64,000 nucleotides of DNA from Gemmatimonadota bacterium (lineage in GTDB: Bacteria > Gemmatimonadota > Gemmatimonadetes > Palauibacterales > Palauibacteraceae). The notes beneath the pieces are model-generated. The model was not told where the DNA came from. It saw nothing but the letters and a program-made list of their open reading frames with translations, and did not search any database. Location of the stretch: assembly GCA_963666735.1 (NCBI GenBank), contig OY762926.1, positions 3,520,001 to 3,584,000 on the forward strand. Reading direction: 5' to 3'. Of this stretch, positions 57,953 to 64,000 are shown piece by piece. Position 1 is the stretch's first letter, and every line of letters begins with the position of its first letter. The position numbers and the translations under genes are program-made.

Positions 57953-57968
57953 GGATGGAAAGGGTCGC

Positions 57969-59267
57969 ATGGACGCAGGTCGCGGGAGCCGGATGGCGCT
58001 CTGCCTCTGGTGGCCGGGGTTCGAGCTGGAACTGGAGCGGGTCCGGACGCCGCCGCTCGCGGACCAGCCGCTCGCACTGCCGGCGGTGGGGGACCGCCGC
58101 CGCATCGAGATGGGGTGCGCGCTCGCGGCCTCCTTCGGGGTCGAGCCGGGGATGATCGTCTCGCAGGCGATCGCGCTCTGCCCCTCGCTCGTCCTCTGCG
58201 AACCGGACCCGGATTTCCACGACGCGGCGCGCGACCGGATCGCGGAAGTCCTCCGCGGCTGGAGTCCGGTCGTCGAGCGGTCGGCGGACCGGGGACGGTT
58301 CTTCGTCGGGGTCGACGGACTCGAACGGCTGTACGGTCCGCCGGAGCGCCAGATCGCGGGGCTCCGGGCGAAGCTCGAGGCGTTGTCGCCGTGGCTCGCG
58401 TCGAGCGCGCGGGTCGGCTACGCGCCGGGGAAGTTCGCGGCGTGGGTCGCGGCGCGGTCCGTGGAGTCCGCCCGGTCGGCGGGGTTGGTGGAGCCCGGGC
58501 GGGCGGGCGCGGACGTCTGCGTGGCGGCGGCCGATCTGGCCGCGTTTCTGGCGCGGCAGCCGGTCGAAGTGCTGCCGGTGTCGCCGCGCATGACCGGGCG
58601 GCTGAAGCGGCTCGGGGTCGGGCGGCTCGGGCAGCTGGTCCGCATTCCCGAGCCGGCGCTCGTGTCGCAGTTCGGGGCCGATGGGCGCCGGGCGTTCGCC
58701 TGGGCGCGAGGGTCGCGCATCGACCGTGTGCGGCCGGAGGCGCCGGCCCGGCCGATCCGCGTCGCGCTCGATTTTCCGAGCCCGATCGGGCAGCTCGAAC
58801 TGCTGCACGCCGCGCTCGACCGGCTCATCGGTCGCGCGCTCGAGCATCCGCGTCGGCGAGGCAAGAGCGTCCGCGGCCTCAGGGTGTCGGCGAGCCTCGA
58901 GGATGGCGGCTCCTGGTCCATACGCGCGATTGCCCGGGAACCCACGAGCGAGCCCGAACGGCTCGGGGCGTTCCTCCGCTCTCGGATCGCGCTCGACCGG
59001 CCCCGGCGCGCGGTCGAGACGCTGCGGCTCGAACTCTTCCGCTTCGGCCCGGCGAGCGCGCAGACCGGGCTCTTCGACCCGAAGGAAGGCGCGCCCCGCG
59101 CCTTCGGTTCGCTGGAGACGAAGGATGGCGAATTGCTGCCCGTGTTCCGGCGCGCAGCGCGCGTGCTGCGGCTGCGGCTGGGAGGCTCCGCGCTGTACCG
59201 GGTGCTCGAACTCGAGCCGAACTCCAGGCTCCCCGAGCGTCGGCATGCGCTCATGGAAATCGCGTAG
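57969..59267 (+). CDS. imuB: ImuB-like catalytically inactive Y-family polymerase
   Basis: GVEPGM..SQAIALCPSL, WSPVVE, FLA.QPVEVL, RLGV..LGQL..IP...LVSQFG; catalytic D/DE absent. Confidence 0.85.
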   Translation: MDAGRGSRMALCLWWPGFELELERVRTPPLADQPLALPAVGDRRRIEMGCALAASFGVEPGMIVSQAIALCPSLVLCEPDPDFHDAARDRIAEVLRGWSPVVERSADRGRFFVGVDGLERLYGPPERQIAGLRAKLEALSPWLASSARVGYAPGKFAAWVAARSVESARSAGLVEPGRAGADVCVAAADLAAFLARQPVEVLPVSPRMTGRLKRLGVGRLGQLVRIPEPALVSQFGADGRRAFAWARGSRIDRVRPEAPARPIRVALDFPSPIGQLELLHAALDRLIGRALEHPRRRGKSVRGLRVSASLEDGGSWSIRAIAREPTSEPERLGAFLRSRIALDRPRRAVETLRLELFRFGPASAQTGLFDPKEGAPRAFGSLETKDGELLPVFRRAARVLRLRLGGSALYRVLELEPNSRLPERRHALMEIA

Positions 59268-59273
59268 CCGTCC

Positions 59274-59576
59274 GTGGCGAAACCCGGTGTGGCGCCGAGA
59301 ACGCCGAGACCGAAGCCGCCCGCGGGGAAGCTGCGTCCGCTCAACCGGCCGCGGCCGGTGCGGGTCCGGCTCGGCGGCGCCGGGGTGCCCGTGAGCCTCG
59401 AGATCCGGGGGCGCTGGCGGCGGATTGGCGACGTGCTCGACCAGTGGCGGATCGATGACGAGTGGTGGAGGGAACCGATCTCGCGCGCCTACTTCTCGAT
59501 CGTGCTCGAGAACGGCGCCTACCTCACCGCGTACCACGATCTGATAATGGATCGCTGGTTCCTGCAGCCGGAATAG
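59274..59576 (+). CDS. Stand-alone ImuB-C-like (DUF6504-like) protein
   Basis: LRPLNRPRPVRV...WRIDDEWWR...RAYF.....G....YHD....WF. Confidence 0.8.
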   Translation: MAKPGVAPRTPRPKPPAGKLRPLNRPRPVRVRLGGAGVPVSLEIRGRWRRIGDVLDQWRIDDEWWREPISRAYFSIVLENGAYLTAYHDLIMDRWFLQPE

Positions 59577-59617
59577 CCGCCGTGGACGCCAGGCCGCTCC
59601 CGGACGTTCCTTCGCGC

Positions 59618-62600
59618 ATGGCCTCGCCGCCGTTCGCAGTCCCCCGGGGGGCCGTCGACTACGTCGAACTGCATGCGCACTCCGCCTACTCCTTTCTCGA
59701 TGGGGCGTCGCGGCCAGAGGAACTCGCGGCGCGCGCGCTCGAACTGGGCTATCCCGCGCTCGCGCTCACCGACCACGACGGGCTGTACGGTTCGATGGAG
59801 TTCGCGCGCTTCGCCCGCGCCCATGGGCTGCAGCCGATCACGGGTGCCGAACTCACCCTCGCCTCGCCGTTCGCCGCCGCCGAACGCACTGAAGGACACG
59901 GGGGAGAGCACAGGGGAGCCGCCGGCGACGTTCCCGCGGGAACGTCCGGAGGCCGCGCGCTGGCGGGACGGGCGGCGAAAACGGCCGACTGTCACGTTAC
60001 GGTGCTGGCGGAGAATGCGACGGGGTACGCGAACCTGTGCCGGCTCATCACGCGGGCGCACATGAAGAGTCCGCGCGGGGAGCCTCGGCTCGACCTCGAT
60101 GCGCTCCTCGAACGGCCGGAGGGACTCATCCTCCTCAGCGGGTGCCGCCGGAGTCCCCTCCTGGCGGCGCTGGAGCGGGGGACGGACGAGGCCGAACGGC
60201 TGGCCGGGCGCCTGCGCGACGCGTTCGGTCCCGGCAACCTCTTCGTCGAACTCCAGAACAACGCGGTCCACGGCGACCTCGCGCGCGGCCGGGCGTTGGG
60301 GGCGCTGGCCGACCGGCTCCGCATCCCCGTCGTGGCCACGGGCAACGTCCACTACCACGTCGCGGACCGGCACCGTCTTCAGGACGTCATGGTCGCGATC
60401 CGGAACCGGACGACGGTCGACGATTCGCACGCGCTCCGCCGCGCCAACGCCTGCTTCCACCTCGCCTCGCCCCGGGAGATGGCGTGGCGCTTCGCGTCGC
60501 GGCCCGACGCGCTCCGCAACACGCGGGCGATCGCCGAGCGCTGCCAGGCGTTCGATCTTACTGCCGACCTCGGCTACCGCTTTCCCGACTTCAACGGGAG
60601 CGGCTTCGCCCCCGCCATGCGGGTGCTTCACCAAGTATGCCGCCGGGCATTCGAAACCCGATATCCCCCCGAAAGCGAATACCGGCAGGAAGCCGAAGGG
60701 CGGCTCGCGGCCGAACTCGCGCTCGTCGACCGCCACGACCTGGCCGGGTTCTTCCTCGTCTACCACGACATCCTCGAACTGGCCCGCGAGGTCGCGCACC
60801 GCGTGCGGGGCGACTCGATGCCGCGCCAACTACTCCCGCCCGGGCGCGGTCGCGGGTCCTCCGTCTCCTCCATCATCTGTTATCTGATCGGACTGTCCCA
60901 CGTGGATCCGGTGCGGACGAACCTCTTCCTCGGCCGCTTCCTGAACGACGCCATGGGAAGCGTCCCGGATATAGACATCGATTTTGCGCGCGATATTCGG
61001 GAGGAGCTGATCCTCGCCGTCTATGAGCGCTACGGGTACGACCACGTCGGGCTCGTGTGCACCTTCCCCACCTATCGCACGCGCTCGACCGTGCGCGAAC
61101 TGGGGAAGGTGCTCGGCCTCCCGGCCGGCGACGTGGAGAAACTGGCCAAGCTCGCCGAGCCGGGAGAGGACGGGTTCATGGCCGAACTGGAACGCATCCC
61201 CGGCCTCGAGGCGCGCGCGAACGCGAGGATCTGGCAGGTATTCGCCGAACTGGCCGAGGAGATCAGGGGGCTCCCGCGGCACATCTCCCAGCACGTGGGC
61301 GGGATGATCATCTCGAGCCGGCCGCTGGTGGAGATCGTCCCGCTCGAGCCCGCCGCGTGGGAGGGACGCGTCCTCTGCCAGTGGGACAAGGACTCCTGCG
61401 ACGACGCGGGGTTCATCAAGATCGACTTTCTTGCGCTCGGGATGATGTCGCTCGTCGAGGAGGCGGTGGAGACGATCCACGCGCGCCACGGCGAGATCCC
61501 GGATCTGTCCCGCATCGACTACGAGGACGAGGCGATCTACGACCGCATCTGTTCGGGAGACACGGTGGGCCTCTTTCAAGTCGAGAGCCGCGCGCAGATC
61601 CAGATGCTGCGGCGGGTGCGGCCCCGGAATCTGGCCGACCTCGCGGTGCAGGTCGCGATCGTACGCCCGGGCCCGATCGTGGGCGGAGCGGTGAACCCCT
61701 ACGTCCGGCGGCGCGAGAAGCTTCGCAAGGACCCGGACTACGTCGTCCCCTACGACCATCCCCTGCTCGAGGAGGCGCTCGGCGAGACCTTGGGCGTGAT
61801 CATCTTTCAGGACCAGGTGCTCCAGGTGTGCAAGGCGCTCGCGGGCTTCAGCGACGGGCAGGCGGAGGGACTGCGGCGTGCCATGAGCCGCAAGCGTTCG
61901 CGCGAGGCACTGCTGGAGTACTGGGAGGCGTTCCGCGACGGCGCGGCGGGGAAGGGGGTCGGCGGCCCCACGGCGAAGAAAGTGTTCGAGCAGGTCGTCG
62001 CGTTCTCGGAGTTCGGGTTCCCGAAGTCGCACGCGGTGGCGTTCGGGCTTCTCGCCTTTCAGTCCGCCTGGCTGCGCGACCGCTATCCGGCCGAGTACTA
62101 CGTGGGGCTCTTCAACAACCAGCCGATGGGGTTCTACTCGCTCGACGCGATCGGGCGCGACGCGCGCCGGCACGGGGTCGGCGTCCGGCTGCCGGACCTG
62201 AACGCCAGCCAGGTCGCCTGCACCGCCGAGGGAGACGATGTCCGGATCGGGCTCGGCATGGTCCGCGACTGGGGGTCCGAGGCGGCCGAACTCGTGGTGG
62301 CCGAGCGCGAGCGCGGCGGACCGTTCGCGTCGCTCCCGGACTTCCTTCGCCGCACCCCGGCCGCGCTCAAGCGGGCCGCGGTCGAGAACCTGGTCTGGGT
62401 CGGCGGGCTCGATGCGCTGGGGATCGAACGCCGCGACCTGCTGTGGCAGACGGGGCTCTGGCTGGGTCCGGAGGTCGAGACGGAGGCGGAGCGCCGGCGC
62501 CGCGAACTCGCGACGAGCGCCGCGGGGCTGGGCGGGGAAGCGCCGCCGGTGCGGGGCCGGCGCAGCACCGACCGCTCGGACCAGGGCCAGATCGAACTCT

Positions 62601-63334
62601 CGCTCGACGACCCGTACGCGGACCTCCGCTTCGGGGGCACGCACGACATGGAGAAGATGATCGCGGAGTACCGCATCCTCTCCCTCGCCGCCTCGCTGCA
62701 CCACCCGTTCGCGCTCGTGGGCGACCACCTGCCCGAACGCACGGTCTCATCGGCCCGTTTCGTCGATCTCCCCAACGGGAGCGAGGTCCGGGTGGCGGGG
62801 ATCGTGGTCGCCCGCCAGCGCCCGCACACGGCCAAAGGCTACATCTTCATCCTCATGGAGGACGAATTCGGGCCCATCAACGCGATCGTGAGGCCCGAGG
62901 TATACCGGGAATGCCGCGCCGCGATCCGCCTCGAACCCTTCCTCTACATCGATGGCGCGCTTCAGAAGGACGGCGCGACGTACAACGTGCTCGCCGAGGG
63001 GGTCTATCCCCTGCGCCTGAGCCCCGAACTCCGGCTGGGCCGCGAGACGATCCCCCCAGTGGAAGGAGAAGCGGACACGGCCGTCGCTCCGGTCGATCTC
63101 GATGTTGCGGCGGAGAGCTCGGTCGAGACGGCTGCCGAGACGCCATCCGAGGTGTCGCCCGACACGCGAGCAGAGCCGCGCCGCCCGGGCTCCCCGAACC
63201 GGATCGCCGCCGCCAACCGGGTCGCGGCCGTGGCCAATGGACTCGCCGGACCCGATCCGTTCGCATACCTGGAGGCGCTACGGCGCGATCCGCCCCCGAC
63301 CATGAGCTGGGGCCGCGGCGGAGGCTGCCGGTGA
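59618..63334 (+). CDS. dnaE2: Error-prone DNA polymerase III alpha DnaE2
   Basis: YVELHAHSAYSFLDGAS, TDHD, GRGS, PDIDIDF, SQHVGG, QWDKD, GFPKSHA, NNQPMGFY, RQRPHTAKG OB fold; start uncertain. Confidence 0.95.
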   Translation: MASPPFAVPRGAVDYVELHAHSAYSFLDGASRPEELAARALELGYPALALTDHDGLYGSMEFARFARAHGLQPITGAELTLASPFAAAERTEGHGGEHRGAAGDVPAGTSGGRALAGRAAKTADCHVTVLAENATGYANLCRLITRAHMKSPRGEPRLDLDALLERPEGLILLSGCRRSPLLAALERGTDEAERLAGRLRDAFGPGNLFVELQNNAVHGDLARGRALGALADRLRIPVVATGNVHYHVADRHRLQDVMVAIRNRTTVDDSHALRRANACFHLASPREMAWRFASRPDALRNTRAIAERCQAFDLTADLGYRFPDFNGSGFAPAMRVLHQVCRRAFETRYPPESEYRQEAEGRLAAELALVDRHDLAGFFLVYHDILELAREVAHRVRGDSMPRQLLPPGRGRGSSVSSIICYLIGLSHVDPVRTNLFLGRFLNDAMGSVPDIDIDFARDIREELILAVYERYGYDHVGLVCTFPTYRTRSTVRELGKVLGLPAGDVEKLAKLAEPGEDGFMAELERIPGLEARANARIWQVFAELAEEIRGLPRHISQHVGGMIISSRPLVEIVPLEPAAWEGRVLCQWDKDSCDDAGFIKIDFLALGMMSLVEEAVETIHARHGEIPDLSRIDYEDEAIYDRICSGDTVGLFQVESRAQIQMLRRVRPRNLADLAVQVAIVRPGPIVGGAVNPYVRRREKLRKDPDYVVPYDHPLLEEALGETLGVIIFQDQVLQVCKALAGFSDGQAEGLRRAMSRKRSREALLEYWEAFRDGAAGKGVGGPTAKKVFEQVVAFSEFGFPKSHAVAFGLLAFQSAWLRDRYPAEYYVGLFNNQPMGFYSLDAIGRDARRHGVGVRLPDLNASQVACTAEGDDVRIGLGMVRDWGSEAAELVVAERERGGPFASLPDFLRRTPAALKRAAVENLVWVGGLDALGIERRDLLWQTGLWLGPEVETEAERRRRELATSAAGLGGEAPPVRGRRSTDRSDQGQIELSLDDPYADLRFGGTHDMEKMIAEYRILSLAASLHHPFALVGDHLPERTVSSARFVDLPNGSEVRVAGIVVARQRPHTAKGYIFILMEDEFGPINAIVRPEVYRECRAAIRLEPFLYIDGALQKDGATYNVLAEGVYPLRLSPELRLGRETIPPVEGEADTAVAPVDLDVAAESSVETAAETPSEVSPDTRAEPRRPGSPNRIAAANRVAAVANGLAGPDPFAYLEALRRDPPPTMSWGRGGGCR

Positions 63335-63389
63335 CGCCGGTTTCCTAATGGCCGACATGTCGTGCCCTCCCCTAAATTGGGATGGCGAA

Positions 63390-63565
63390 TGCTGACTCCG
63401 AGAACGCCGCGTGGCGCTCCGTCGTGGAGGAGATCGAACATGAATGAACGGAATATCGCGGCCGAGGTGCTTGAGGGGCTCCGGGAAGCCCGGGAGCACC
63501 GGGCGGGAAAGCTCAGCCTTCGAACCATCCGGCTTCCAGAGCCGCTGCCCGGGCTCTCGCCCGGA
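63390..63565 (+). pseudogene. RelE/HigB toxin 3' stub plus truncated HigA-like antitoxin 5' end
   Basis: ...RSVVEEIEHE* overlaps by ATGA with MNERNIAAEVLEGLREAREHRAGKLSLRT..LP.LSP, which breaks off before any HTH. Confidence 0.55.
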
Positions 63566-63569
63566 GTGG

Positions 63570-63909
63570 CCTCGAGCGTCTCCAGCCAGCGACAGCCGTG
63601 CGCTGGTACATCGGGTGACCCGGTCATGCCTTCGGGGCACATGTCGAACCTCTCGACGCGCAGGCGGTAGCTGGAGTCGTGCGCGGGCTGGAAGCCCACG
63701 ACCTCGCCGCGGTAGGGGGTGCCGTTGACGACCTTGCAGTACCCGGGGTAGCCATCGTCGCACTCGACCCGGTGACGATCGATGGTGATCTCCTCTTCCG
63801 TGCCCGCCGCCTCTGTTCTCGAGACGACTTCGCTCAGAACGTACTGGCCATCGGCATACCGGTTTCCGTGTTGCCCGCACGCTTTCCCGCCGGAACCGGC
63901 GGCCGCCAC
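63570..63909 (-). pseudogene. DUF4377-like fragment
   Basis: EEITIDRHRVEC....YCKVVNG..Y..V.GF......YRLRVER; no nearby stop, frame runs antisense through dnaE2. Confidence 0.5.
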
Positions 63910-63918
63910 GCGGTCAGT

Positions 63919-64000
63919 TCACTCGAGTGGAGCGATCCTGCCAGGGGCCTCGTGACTTCGTGCGCGGTTCCATGCGGCCAGCAGTTCCGCTTGGTGGAGG
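63919..64000 (-). CDS. DUF4160-family protein C-terminus (partial, window edge)
   Basis: Own translation LHQAELLAAWNRARSHEAPGRIAPLE*. Confidence 0.65.
   Translation of the reverse strand, partial: LHQAELLAAWNRARSHEAPGRIAPLE

Noticed and set aside
63004..63909. 301-aa ORF as an intact gene
   Set aside because: Only ~63570-63850 looks protein-like; the rest is antisense to dnaE2 and the HigA remnant
1..64000. tRNA, rRNA, riboswitch, reverse transcriptase or prophage genes
   Set aside because: None recognised by eye; a covariance-model scan (tRNAscan-SE/Rfam) would be needed to exclude small RNAs

Overview
GC-rich bacterial chromosomal window. The gene repertoire (VPS10/BNR, FG-GAP/ASPIC-UnbV, 6-bladed propeller, S9 peptidase) suggests Gemmatimonadota, which is an inference only. 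Bases 1-48 kb are mostly core and envelope genes: a GyrA/ParC subunit, rho, ssb, an FNR, a Mre11/Rad50-like pair, an ECF-linked MacAB-TolC operon, etfBA-xdhC, a second ECF with a glycogen-binding anti-sigma, fabH-like, moeA, a Tat-exported PatB-like enzyme, a lower-GC STAS-kinase-STAS gene and a DraG-like gene. Bases 48-64 kb are accessory and stress genes. They include a frameshifted IS481 element and an AAA ATPase. The most striking feature is a tandem array (887-bp period) of HicA/HicB-like toxin-antitoxin modules with diversified toxin/antitoxin interfaces but homogenised DNA-binding domains and promoters. A large 2OG-Fe(II) oxygenase lies divergent from an ImuA-less, split-ImuB + DnaE2 mutagenesis cassette with a candidate TTCG-N7-TTCG SOS box. 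Toxin-antitoxin remnants sit at the right edge. No CRISPR array, rRNA or tRNA was recognised. All family assignments come from motifs recognised by eye; no database searches were run.
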